A stretch of 32,771 nucleotides of DNA from Rhizomicrobium sp. (GTDB lineage: Bacteria; Pseudomonadota; Alphaproteobacteria; Micropepsales; Micropepsaceae), in assembly GCA_049693315.1 (NCBI GenBank), contig JBAVPS010000501.1, forward strand, positions 1 to 32,771. Direction: 5' to 3'. Below the pieces are notes generated by a model. It saw only the letters and a list, made by a program, of their open reading frames with translations. It had not been told where the DNA came from and ran no database searches. The translations under genes were made by a program, and so were the position numbers. Below, piece by piece: positions 18,023-27,098 of this stretch (positions are counted from its first letter, which is position 1; every line of letters begins with the position of its first letter).

Positions 18023-18190
18023 ATCGACCGCCATCTGTCGTGCCCCCTTGAGAATTGCCCCATAAAGCCGCAAAATCCCTCTATGTGGACGGACGTTAAG
18101 CTTGCCGAAAGCTTTGGCTTAGACACGCGACCGTTATGGTGTACGAAGCGTTAAGTGTTATCCGGTGGTTTCATCCATGTGGTTTCCTCG

Positions 18191-19675
18191 ATGACTGGCC
18201 AAGTTACAGCCCTGTCTGAAGGCTTGCAGTACGGATTGGCAGCAATCCTCGTTCTGTTAACAGTTCTGTCGGCGCAACTGGTCGTCGTCAGTCTGTTCCG
18301 TCTGTTCTGGCCCGAGCGGCGTCTGCGTACCCCCCATTTGCCCGATTCGGCTTTGCCCAACGTGCTGGTGCAGCTGCCGGTGCGCAACGAAGGCGATCTG
18401 GCCTTGCGCGTTGCCCGCGCCGCCATGGCGATGGACTGGCCCGCCGACAAGCTTGAAATTCAGGTTCTGGATGATGGCGATGCCGAGCTGCATACCGGCC
18501 TGATGGCCGCGATCAAGGCGATTACCCCGGTCGGGATCACGGTCAGCGTGCTCAAGCGCGGCGACCGCACCGGTTACAAGGCCGGAAACCTGGCTTTTGG
18601 CCTGACCCATTCCACAGCCCCCTATGTCGCGGTGTTCGACGCCGATTTCATGCCGCCGGTCGATTTCCTGCGCAAAACCGTGCCGGTGTTAATTGGTGAT
18701 GCCGGCCTGTGCTTCGTCCAGTCACGCTGGACCCATGCCAACCGCACCCAGAACTGGCTGACCCGGGTTCAGGCGTTTTTGCTCGATTCGCATTTTGCCA
18801 TCGAACAGGAAGGCCGGTTCCGCGCCGGATTGCCGATTTCGTTTAACGGCACCGCTGGCGTCTGGCGCCGCGAAGCCATTGAAAATGCTGGTGGCTGGAC
18901 AGGCGACACGCTGACTGAAGACCTTGATCTGTCGATGCGCTGCACCCTGCACGGCTGGCGCACCGCCTATCTGAAAGATCTGGAGGTTCCCTCGGAACTG
19001 CCGGAAACCGCCGCTGCGTGGCGCGCCCAGCAGGCTCGCTGGACCAAGGGCCACGCCCAGTGTGCCCGCAAGCTGTTGCCGCAGATCTGGGGCAGCCGCC
19101 TGCCGCTGACCTTCAAGCTGGCGATGAGCCTGCAGATGTGCCAGTTCGCCTTCTATACCTTGGCCTTTACCAGCGCGGTGATCAGTCTGGTGCTGATGTA
19201 TATCGGTGCGGTTTACCTGCAGACCGTCGGCATACTGGGTCTGGTGGTGACCGCCTTCGGGCTTGGCACCAGCTTCGCCTATGTTTTCCTTGGCCAGAAG
19301 CTTTTGGGCCGCCATCGCGCCGTTGGCCTGCACCGCACCCTGCTTTTGTCGATCATTTTCCCAAGTGGTCTGATTTTGGCTAACACCAAAGCGACGATGG
19401 AAGCCTTCTTCAATCGTCAGACCGAATTCACCCGGACTTTGCGCCGGGGCGAACGCTATGCAGGTGCCTGGCGCGGCGCACCCGAGCTGATGGTTGGCGT
19501 TTTCCTGCCGGCCTTCACATTGGCCGAAAGTGCCTGGAGTGCCCCATTCTTCCTGATTGCTGTGACCGGACTGGTCTCGATTGGCGTGATGGGCTTTTCC
19601 GGCCGCAGCCTGGGGCGCAGCTTAACCACCACGGCACCACAACCCATTGCAGCACCACGGTCTTCAAGGGATTGA
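18191..19675 (+). CDS. Processive family 2 glycosyltransferase (cellulose-synthase-like, CslA-type clade)
   Basis: QLPVRNE, QVLDD, GYKAGNL, FDADF, FNGTAGVWR, TEDLD and QQARW (D,D,D,QxxRW), with flanking TM helices. Start ATG 18191 (the ORF track starts at 18155). Confidence 0.88.
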   Translation: MTGQVTALSEGLQYGLAAILVLLTVLSAQLVVVSLFRLFWPERRLRTPHLPDSALPNVLVQLPVRNEGDLALRVARAAMAMDWPADKLEIQVLDDGDAELHTGLMAAIKAITPVGITVSVLKRGDRTGYKAGNLAFGLTHSTAPYVAVFDADFMPPVDFLRKTVPVLIGDAGLCFVQSRWTHANRTQNWLTRVQAFLLDSHFAIEQEGRFRAGLPISFNGTAGVWRREAIENAGGWTGDTLTEDLDLSMRCTLHGWRTAYLKDLEVPSELPETAAAWRAQQARWTKGHAQCARKLLPQIWGSRLPLTFKLAMSLQMCQFAFYTLAFTSAVISLVLMYIGAVYLQTVGILGLVVTAFGLGTSFAYVFLGQKLLGRHRAVGLHRTLLLSIIFPSGLILANTKATMEAFFNRQTEFTRTLRRGERYAGAWRGAPELMVGVFLPAFTLAESAWSAPFFLIAVTGLVSIGVMGFSGRSLGRSLTTTAPQPIAAPRSSRD

Positions 19676-19679
19676 TCGG

Positions 19680-20372
19680 TTGATTCCCCGGGGGGGCATA
19701 CACCACAGCAGGCTCCGGGCACCGGGGCTGATACTGCTCGTTGCAGCGTTGGCAGCCGGTTGCGCCAGCACGCCCCGGCCACCGAACACCCCCTATCGCC
19801 CCAGCCCCCCGGCGACAGACGAGCCGGGTGGTGAATGCGTGCCGTTTGCCCGCAACCATTCCAAAGTTAAACTGTTCGGCGATGCCTACACCTGGTGGGA
19901 TCAGGCCAAGAATCACTATGCCCGCCGCATGATTCCCACCAAAGGGGCGGTGATGGTGCTGCATAATTACGCCGGAACCAGCCGGGCCCATGTCGCAGTG
20001 GTCACAGGCATCATTAATCCGCACGAAATCCGGGTTGATCACGCCAACTGGTTTAACGACGGTAAGATCTACAAAAACAATCCGGTGCGCGACGCCAGCC
20101 CCAACCGGGACTGGAGCATGGTAAACGTCTATAATATGCCCGGCGGCGGCTGGGGTGTGCGTAATTACGAGGTACAGGGCTTCATCGGTCCCGACAAACC
20201 CGCTCCACCTAACCACGAAGACGATATTTCAGGCCTGTTCTCCAACGCGGCACCGGATTTTCCCGCCAGTGATACAGACATCGCGCTGGCGCAGCCCACG
20301 CCGGTAAAAACCAATCCGGCGACACTTGGCACGGCAGAAACGGGCCCAGTATTGGCCGCCCGGCACCCTTGA
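19680..20372 (+). CDS. CHAP-domain lipoprotein (putative peptidoglycan amidase/peptidase)
   Basis: Lipobox LAAGC, ECVPFAR (catalytic Cys), GDAYTWW, HVAVV (catalytic His), VDHANW. Start uncertain (TTG 19680 or 19647). Confidence 0.8.
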   Translation: MIPRGGIHHSRLRAPGLILLVAALAAGCASTPRPPNTPYRPSPPATDEPGGECVPFARNHSKVKLFGDAYTWWDQAKNHYARRMIPTKGAVMVLHNYAGTSRAHVAVVTGIINPHEIRVDHANWFNDGKIYKNNPVRDASPNRDWSMVNVYNMPGGGWGVRNYEVQGFIGPDKPAPPNHEDDISGLFSNAAPDFPASDTDIALAQPTPVKTNPATLGTAETGPVLAARHP

Positions 20373-20530
20373 AGCCTTCCACATCCGGGACATCTTATTC
20401 GCCAGCCCCCGTTTGCAGCCGCACGACTTCGCGCTAACGTAGCATAACACTGCCGCGTAACCCGACGCAGGAGCCCGTATGCTGCATCCTATTGCCGCCC
20501 AACATCACAGCCACAGACTGGCCCCAGGCT

Positions 20531-22495
20531 ATGGCCCCATTTCCCGATAACCCGCAGGATGGTCCCGGCGCAGACCCTGCCGACCCGCTGGCCCAGGTAA
20601 GCGCAAGCAAAGGCCACGGACCGAGTGCACCGTGTGATGCCAAACGGCGCTGGACCCTGACACTGGCGGCGCTGGGCGTGGTCTATGGCGATATCGGCAC
20701 CAGCCCGCTTTATGCTTTACGTGAAACTGCGCTTGCTGCGGGGCACCATGTGGCGGTGCAGAATGCCATTTTCGGCGTGGTCTCACTGATCGTCTGGGCA
20801 CTGATCATCGTCGTGATGATCAAATATGTCAGCATCATCATGCGCGCCGATCATGACGGCCAGGGCGGAATTATCGCACTGGCATCGCTGGCCCACCGGG
20901 CTGAAGGTTTAAGCAAAACCGCCAAACGGGCCATCGGCACCGCCGCCATTCTGGGGCTGGCGCTGTTTTTTGGCGACGGCATGCTCACTCCGGCGATCTC
21001 GGTGATGAGCGCGGTCGAAGGCCTGACCGTTGACAGCACGGCGCTGCAACCACTGGTCATCCCGCTGGTGCTGGTGATCCTGATCGGGCTGTTTGCCATT
21101 CAATCGCACGGCACTGCTAAAGTCGGCCGCCTGTTCGGGCCGATCATGGTACTGTGGTTCACCTTGCTGTCGATCATGGGACTGGTTTCGATCTGGCATA
21201 CACCACAGATTTTGGCCGCGATCAGCCCGCATTACGCCCTGATGCTGTTTGTCGAAGAACCCTGGACCGCCTTTGTTTCGCTGGGCTCAGTTGTGCTGGC
21301 GGTAACGGGGTGCGAAGCGCTGTATGCCGACATGGGCCATTTCGGCAAGCAGCCGATCCGCTGGGCATGGGTCGGGCTGGTGTTTCCAGGCTTGCTGCTG
21401 ACCTATTTCGGTCAGGGCGCAGCGGTGTTGCGTGATCCGTCCCGCGCCGCCACCGCGTTTTATGCGGTGGTCCCACATATCGCCCATTACCCGATGGTGA
21501 TCTTATCGACCATCGCCACCGTTATTGCCTCGCAGGCTGTGATTTCCGGTGTTTTCTCGCTGACCCAGCAGGCGGTACAGCTTGGCATGCTGCCACGCAT
21601 GGAAATCCGCCACACCTCGGCAACCGACTACGGCCAGATCTATGTGCCACGGATGAACGCGTATCTGTGTGTTGGCGTTATCCTCATTGTACTGATCTTC
21701 AAAAGCTCCAACGCGCTGGCGGCGGCCTATGGCATTGCGGTCACCTGCGATATGGTTTTGAGCACCACCTTAGTCGGGCTGGTCGCATGGCGGGTCTGGC
21801 ACAAGCCGCTGCGGCTGGTTGCCCCGGTCTTTGCCATCCTCGCGCTGGTCGATCTCGCCTTCCTGTTGTCAAACGCCCTGAAAATTACCGAGGGGGGCTG
21901 GCTGCCACTGCTCATCGGCATCTTCGTCTATATCGTGATGGAAACCTGGCGACTGGGCCGGCGCACGCATCTTGATCATGTTCGCGATTCTTCCATGCCG
22001 GTGAATTTATTTCTGGAACGGGCTGACCGCACCCCGGTACGGGTTGCCGGTACGTCCGTGTTTTTGAGCGCCCGCACCGATACCGTGCCGGGGGCTTTGC
22101 TGCATAACCTCAAGCACAACAAAGTGCTGCATGAGCGGGTTATTCTGGCCACGGTCGCGGTGGCCAATGCGCCATTCGTGCCCAAGGAAAAGCGCCTTAC
22201 GATTGAGAAGATGGGCAAGGGTTTTTACAGCATGCGCATTCATTACGGCTTCTTTGAAACGCCCGATATTCCCGCCGCCCTGCTCAGGGGCCGTGCTTTT
22301 GGTATTGCGCTGGAGCCGGAGACCACGACCTATTTCATCGGCCGCGAAACCCTGGTGCCATCGGAACACCCGCAAATGGGCCGTTGGCGCACCTGGCTTT
22401 ACATGAGCCTGGCCGCCAGTGCCTTGTCACCGGCGCGCTATTACCGCCTGCCGCCCAGTCGCGTGGTGGAACTTGGCACACAAATCACGATCTGA
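20531..22495 (+). CDS. kup: KUP/HAK/KT potassium transporter, copy 1
   Basis: GVVYGDIGTSPLY, GDGMLTPAISV, EALYADMGHFG, ASQAVISG, GQIYVP, HNKVLHE, VELGTQ. Start ATG 20531 (the ORF track starts at 20492). Confidence 0.95.
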   Translation: MAPFPDNPQDGPGADPADPLAQVSASKGHGPSAPCDAKRRWTLTLAALGVVYGDIGTSPLYALRETALAAGHHVAVQNAIFGVVSLIVWALIIVVMIKYVSIIMRADHDGQGGIIALASLAHRAEGLSKTAKRAIGTAAILGLALFFGDGMLTPAISVMSAVEGLTVDSTALQPLVIPLVLVILIGLFAIQSHGTAKVGRLFGPIMVLWFTLLSIMGLVSIWHTPQILAAISPHYALMLFVEEPWTAFVSLGSVVLAVTGCEALYADMGHFGKQPIRWAWVGLVFPGLLLTYFGQGAAVLRDPSRAATAFYAVVPHIAHYPMVILSTIATVIASQAVISGVFSLTQQAVQLGMLPRMEIRHTSATDYGQIYVPRMNAYLCVGVILIVLIFKSSNALAAAYGIAVTCDMVLSTTLVGLVAWRVWHKPLRLVAPVFAILALVDLAFLLSNALKITEGGWLPLLIGIFVYIVMETWRLGRRTHLDHVRDSSMPVNLFLERADRTPVRVAGTSVFLSARTDTVPGALLHNLKHNKVLHERVILATVAVANAPFVPKEKRLTIEKMGKGFYSMRIHYGFFETPDIPAALLRGRAFGIALEPETTTYFIGRETLVPSEHPQMGRWRTWLYMSLAASALSPARYYRLPPSRVVELGTQITI

Positions 22496-22718
22496 GCCAT
22501 GCCGGGCGGGTGGGCACCCCGGACCTTACCGCAACATAATCGTTTAATTACAGTCAGTTATTATTTTTTATGGCACCACCAGCCCCGCCCTATTGCCATG
22601 CGGTGCAGTTAGCCTATTTTCCGCGTGAAACCGGCGGCCTTCCGATGCCTTACGCAAAGAAGAGCCAAAGCGGCCAACTCGCCGTCAGCCCAATGGATTG
22701 CTTACACGCGACCCGATC

Positions 22719-24674
22719 ATGAATTCGAACATCTCTGATATCACCGCCGAGGCGGATAACGACCCGTTGAACGATTCTGTTCAGCTCACCACTGGACATG
22801 ACGGCAAAGAACCCAAGGGCAAACGCAAGCTTGCCCTGACACTGGCAGCCCTTGGTATCGTCTATGGCGATATTGGCACCAGCCCACTTTACGCCCTGAA
22901 ACAGTCGGCGCTGGCGGCAGGGGCCCATGTCGCCCTGCAGGATGCCATCTTCGGCGTGGTATCGCTGATTGTCTGGTCGCTAGTGTTTGTGGTGACGTTG
23001 AAATACGTCTTCCTGATCATGCGCGCCGACAATGATGGCGAAGGCGGCGTATTGGCACTGGCATCGCTGGCCCACCGTGCCCAGAAGCTTGATAAGCGAC
23101 TGAAACTTGCCATTGGCGTGGCGGCCATCTTCGGTCTGGCCCTGTTTATTGGCGATGGCATGCTGACCCCCGCCATGTCGGTGATGAGTGCCATTGAAGG
23201 CCTGTCGGTTGCCAGCACAAGCTTCCAGCCGCTCGAACTGCCCTTGTCGCTGATCATTTTGATTGCTCTTTTCGTGATGCAATCACGCGGCACGGAAAAA
23301 ATCGGTAAAATTTTCGGCCCGATCATGGTGCTGTGGTTTGCCATTCTGGCGGTAACCGGCCTGATCTCGATACTGCACACCCCGCGCATTCTGATGGCGC
23401 TCAGCCCGCATTACGCCCTGATGCTGTTTGTTGAAGAACCCTGGACCGCCTTTGTTTCATTGGGTTCGGTGGTGCTGGCGGTGACGGGCTGCGAAGCGCT
23501 GTATGCCGACATGGGCCATTTTGGCAGAAGCCCGATCCGTCTGGCCTGGCTGGCCGTAGTGCTGCCGGCGCTGCTGTTGACCTATTTCGGCCAGGGGGCC
23601 GGTCTGTTACGCGAACCCGGCATGGCAAACGCCGCCTTCTACACCGTGGTTCCCCATTGGGCCCATCTGCCCATGGTCTTTTTATCAACCATCGCCACAG
23701 TTATCGCCTCGCAGGCGGTGATTTCCGGGGTCTATTCGGTGACCCAACAAGCAGTGCAGCTAGGCATGCTGCCGCGCATGGAAATCCGGCACACCTCGGC
23801 CACCGAATTTGGCCAGATCTATGTGCCACGGATGAATGTCTATCTGTGCATCGGCGTCGTGCTGATTGTGCTGATCTTCAAAAATTCTGATGCGTTGGCC
23901 ACAGCCTATGGCATTGCCGTGACCGGCGTGATGTTCTTAAGCACCCTTTTGGTGGCGCTGGTGGCAGCCCGCAGCTGGGGCTGGAAACTGCGCTTTGTCA
24001 TTCCGGTGTTCGGTTTGCTGGGCTTGATCGACCTCGCCTTCCTGAGCTCTAACGCGCTGAAAATTGCCGAAGGGGGCTGGCTGCCGCTGCTGATTGCCAC
24101 GGCGGTTTATCTGGTGATGGAAACCTGGCGGCTGGGCCGGCGCGCCCATCTTGAGCATGTGCGCGATTCCTCGCTCAGCCTCGATCTGTTTCTGGAACGC
24201 GCCGACAAAATGACCCAGCGTGTGGCTGGTACGGCAGTGTTCTTAAGCTCGCGTACCGATGTGGTGCCCGGCGCGCTGCTACACAGCTTAAAGCATTACA
24301 AAGTGCTGCACGAGCGGGTGATCCTGGCCAATGTTGCGGTCGAGGATACCCCTTTGGTGCCGCCCGCCAGACGGCTGGAAGTCGAAAAGCTGGGCAAGGG
24401 CTTTTTTGCCGTGCGTATTCATTATGGCTTTTTTGAAACGCCGGATCTGCCCGCCGCACTAGCCGGGGCAAGGGCTTATGGCCTGGCGCTCGATCCCGAA
24501 ACCACGACCTATTTCATCGGCCGCGAAACCCTGGTGCCTTCAGAACACCCCGAACTGGGACGCTGGCGCACTTGGCTTTACATGGCGCTGGCCTCTAATG
24601 CGTTATCATCGGCCCGCTATTACCGGCTGACGCCCAACCGTGTGGTCGAGTTGGGCACTCAGGTTACCATCTGA
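22719..24674 (+). CDS. kup: KUP/HAK/KT potassium transporter, copy 2
   Basis: Same motif set as copy 1 and colinear with it. Start ATG 22719 (the ORF track starts at 22698). Confidence 0.95.
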   Translation: MNSNISDITAEADNDPLNDSVQLTTGHDGKEPKGKRKLALTLAALGIVYGDIGTSPLYALKQSALAAGAHVALQDAIFGVVSLIVWSLVFVVTLKYVFLIMRADNDGEGGVLALASLAHRAQKLDKRLKLAIGVAAIFGLALFIGDGMLTPAMSVMSAIEGLSVASTSFQPLELPLSLIILIALFVMQSRGTEKIGKIFGPIMVLWFAILAVTGLISILHTPRILMALSPHYALMLFVEEPWTAFVSLGSVVLAVTGCEALYADMGHFGRSPIRLAWLAVVLPALLLTYFGQGAGLLREPGMANAAFYTVVPHWAHLPMVFLSTIATVIASQAVISGVYSVTQQAVQLGMLPRMEIRHTSATEFGQIYVPRMNVYLCIGVVLIVLIFKNSDALATAYGIAVTGVMFLSTLLVALVAARSWGWKLRFVIPVFGLLGLIDLAFLSSNALKIAEGGWLPLLIATAVYLVMETWRLGRRAHLEHVRDSSLSLDLFLERADKMTQRVAGTAVFLSSRTDVVPGALLHSLKHYKVLHERVILANVAVEDTPLVPPARRLEVEKLGKGFFAVRIHYGFFETPDLPAALAGARAYGLALDPETTTYFIGRETLVPSEHPELGRWRTWLYMALASNALSSARYYRLTPNRVVELGTQVTI

Positions 24675-24702
24675 TCGCGGGCGATCATCTACCTACGAAC
24701 CC

Positions 24703-24743
24703 AAAAGCCTGTTGCGACGTTTAAAATCGCAACAGGCTTTTTT
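24703..24743. terminator. Bidirectional Rho-independent terminator between kup2 and rlmI
   Basis: AAAAGCCTGTTGCGA-cgtttaaaa-TCGCAACAGGCTTTT: perfect 15-bp stem with A and T runs on either side. Confidence 0.88.
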
Positions 24744-24768
24744 ATGGCTTACATGCCGACGAACTATT

Positions 24769-25953
24769 CTAGTCGAGTGCGAACACAAACGCCTTGAGGT
24801 AGCTGCTTTCCGCCAACATCGGGTGGATCGGATGATCGAAACCCGCCCCGGCGGCATAGATCTGCCGCCCGACGCGACCGGCGCGCTGAATCCCCGCCGC
24901 ACATTCAAAGGCGAAGCGATCAGCCGGCATATTGTGTGAGCAGGACGCCAGCACCAGATAGCCTTCCGGTGCCGTCACCGCCGCCGCCAGCTTGGCGAGC
25001 TTGCGATAGGCTTTGGCCCCGACTTCAACATCTTTACGCGATTTGACGAAGGGCGGCGGATCGGCCACCACGACATCGAAACGCTCTTTACCATTACCCC
25101 ATTCCTGCAGCATTGCCATGGCATCGGCTTCAATGAATTTGGCTGACAATTTACCTGCCGCCGCCGCTTCTGAGGCCAGCGCAATCGCCGGGCCCGAACT
25201 ATCGATGCCGGTTACTTCGCTGGCACCCGACTTGGCCGCCGCCAGAGCAAAGCCACCACAATAGCAATAGGCATCGAGCAGGCTGCGGCCCTTGGCAAGC
25301 CGCGCAACGAAGGCACGAGTTTCGCGCTGATCGTAATACCAGCCGGTTTTCTGCCCCGCGCTGAGATTGGCATAATAGCGCACATCGTTTTCGACGACTT
25401 CAATGCGACCGCAAGTCCCCTTGGCTTCGCGGACATAAAGCTCGAGCCCTTCGAGACTGCGGGCCGGCATATCGGCGCGCAACAAGATCGCCGTGGGTGA
25501 AAACACCTGCTCCAGCGCCGCAACAATATGGTCTTTGAGCAATTCCATACCGGCGGTGGCAATCTGCACCACCACGGTTTCACCAAACAGATCGATGGTC
25601 AGCCCGGGCAGACCATCGCCCTCGGCATTGATCAACCGGTAATAAGGCACGCCGATCAGCGTGGTACGGATTTTCTGCGCACGGATAAATGCGCGGACGA
25701 AAAAACCTGCATCGATCACGACATCAGCACTGCGTGCCATCAGCCGCACAGCGATCAGGCTACGGGGATTAAAATAGCCCGTGCCCAAAGCTTGGCCATC
25801 GTCACCTACCACGTTAACCATAGTTCCTGGAACTAACGCTTTGGCTGCATCGCTCATAACGATTTCGTTGGAGAACAACCATGGTGCACCGTTGCGGGCA
25901 CGGCGGCCCTCGCGCGGCTTAACGGTTATCACGGGGTAGGCTTTCATTGGCAT
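24769..25953 (-). CDS. rlmI: Class I SAM-dependent rRNA methyltransferase (RlmI/YccW family)
   Basis: PUA-like PWLFSNE, INAEGDGLPGL, GQKTGWYYDQR, LDAYCYCGGF, DPPPF, SCS, ESSYLK. AGGA SD before ATG 25953. Confidence 0.85.
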   Translation of the reverse strand: MPMKAYPVITVKPREGRRARNGAPWLFSNEIVMSDAAKALVPGTMVNVVGDDGQALGTGYFNPRSLIAVRLMARSADVVIDAGFFVRAFIRAQKIRTTLIGVPYYRLINAEGDGLPGLTIDLFGETVVVQIATAGMELLKDHIVAALEQVFSPTAILLRADMPARSLEGLELYVREAKGTCGRIEVVENDVRYYANLSAGQKTGWYYDQRETRAFVARLAKGRSLLDAYCYCGGFALAAAKSGASEVTGIDSSGPAIALASEAAAAGKLSAKFIEADAMAMLQEWGNGKERFDVVVADPPPFVKSRKDVEVGAKAYRKLAKLAAAVTAPEGYLVLASCSHNMPADRFAFECAAGIQRAGRVGRQIYAAGAGFDHPIHPMLAESSYLKAFVFALD

Positions 25954-26162
25954 GTATCCTATGGCTTGTGGCGCACACATACGAAAATACGGCGTCAAAA
26001 TCCGGCAAAAAATCCCTCTGGTAATAAAAAAACAAAGTACGGCTACAATGTGCCCCCAATCCCGCCACGATCTTCGACGAATGGAGCGAATGAAAATTGC
26101 TCGCCATACGTTTAGGTGGCGCAGCAGGAACCCATTTTTAAGTACTGCGAGGCAGCATTAGG

Positions 26163-26687
26163 ATGACGGCACCCGTATTACGGCGGCCTGAGGACTGTAT
26201 TGTTGGCAATAATGCCTTCGAAATGCTTTCCATATGGTTGGCGGCAAAAGGCGCACGCCCTGCACCGCGCCGCCAGGATATTACACTGGCGATGGTGCGG
26301 GGCCTGTCACAATGGCTCTGGCGGGTTGATCCGGTCAGGGGCTGGCAGGATTTTCACTTTCGCATGGCGGGCGACCGCATTGAACAATTCTATGGCCGTC
26401 GCTTCAGCGGCCTGTATCTGTCGGAACTGTACCCCGCCACATCCCCGCCGGATTTTATCAGTTCAGTACAGAACAGTTTTACCCAATGCATGAAACAGCG
26501 TGCCCCGCAACTGGTCGGCCCCTATACGTCGGAATATCCCGGCAAAGAGCATTGGGAAATCGAGGTTCTGATCCTGCCGTTGTCAGAAAATGGCACCGAT
26601 ATCAGTAGCATGATCGGCACCATGGAATATTGGCCCCTAGGCACCCATAGTGCCGGCCTGCACAGTTCTTTAAGCCTTAAGCTTTAA
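26163..26687 (+). CDS. Stand-alone PAS-domain protein (PAS_5-like)
   Basis: WLAAKGARPAPRRQDI..FHFRMAGDRI..G..LSE..EVLILPLSENG pattern. Confidence 0.7.
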   Translation: MTAPVLRRPEDCIVGNNAFEMLSIWLAAKGARPAPRRQDITLAMVRGLSQWLWRVDPVRGWQDFHFRMAGDRIEQFYGRRFSGLYLSELYPATSPPDFISSVQNSFTQCMKQRAPQLVGPYTSEYPGKEHWEIEVLILPLSENGTDISSMIGTMEYWPLGTHSAGLHSSLSLKL

Positions 26688-26922
26688 GTCTGACGCCCCG
26701 GCCACCTTGCGAGCTGACCGCACCATCGCCGATCAGGGCGATCCCGGCACCATCAAGCGCGTTGATCAGCTTCATCAGCGAATCAACATTACCGCGAATA
26801 ACCCCTTCGCTGGCTTCCATACGCTGAATGGTTGGCACCGACAGACCGGCGCTTTCGGCCAGCTGACGTTGATCGATGCCCAAAAGCGCCCGGGCAGCCC
26901 GGAGTTGTGCTGACGTGATCAT
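26677..26922 (-). CDS. XRE-family helix-turn-helix transcriptional regulator
   Basis: MITSAQLRAARALLGIDQRQLAESAGLSVPTIQRME..GRGVRL, typical of small alphaproteobacterial XRE proteins. Confidence 0.88.
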   Translation of the reverse strand: MITSAQLRAARALLGIDQRQLAESAGLSVPTIQRMEASEGVIRGNVDSLMKLINALDGAGIALIGDGAVSSQGGRGVRLKA

Positions 26923-26959
26923 GCACTTACCACCCGTTTCTTTCTGTAAAAGCCCGCTT

Positions 26960-26978
26960 TATTCGTAACAAACGAATA
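26960..26978. promoter_or_regulatory. Palindromic operator candidate upstream of the XRE gene
   Basis: TATTCGT-AACAA-ACGAATA, a perfect 7-bp inverted repeat about 38 nt upstream of the XRE start. Confidence 0.5.
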
Positions 26979-27098
26979 TAAGCCGCCTGTAAGGATGCAT
27001 GTATAATATATCACGGCAAAAACATAGCCCACAACGGACCGCAGGCGCACGAATTACGCCCCAGGCCCCAATCACAAGGCACCAGCGCAAAGGGCCGA

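Noticed and set aside
20373..22718. Named riboswitch upstream of either kup gene
   Set aside because: Only short, weak hairpins, and I could not match a known aptamer consensus by eye. An Rfam covariance search would be decisive.
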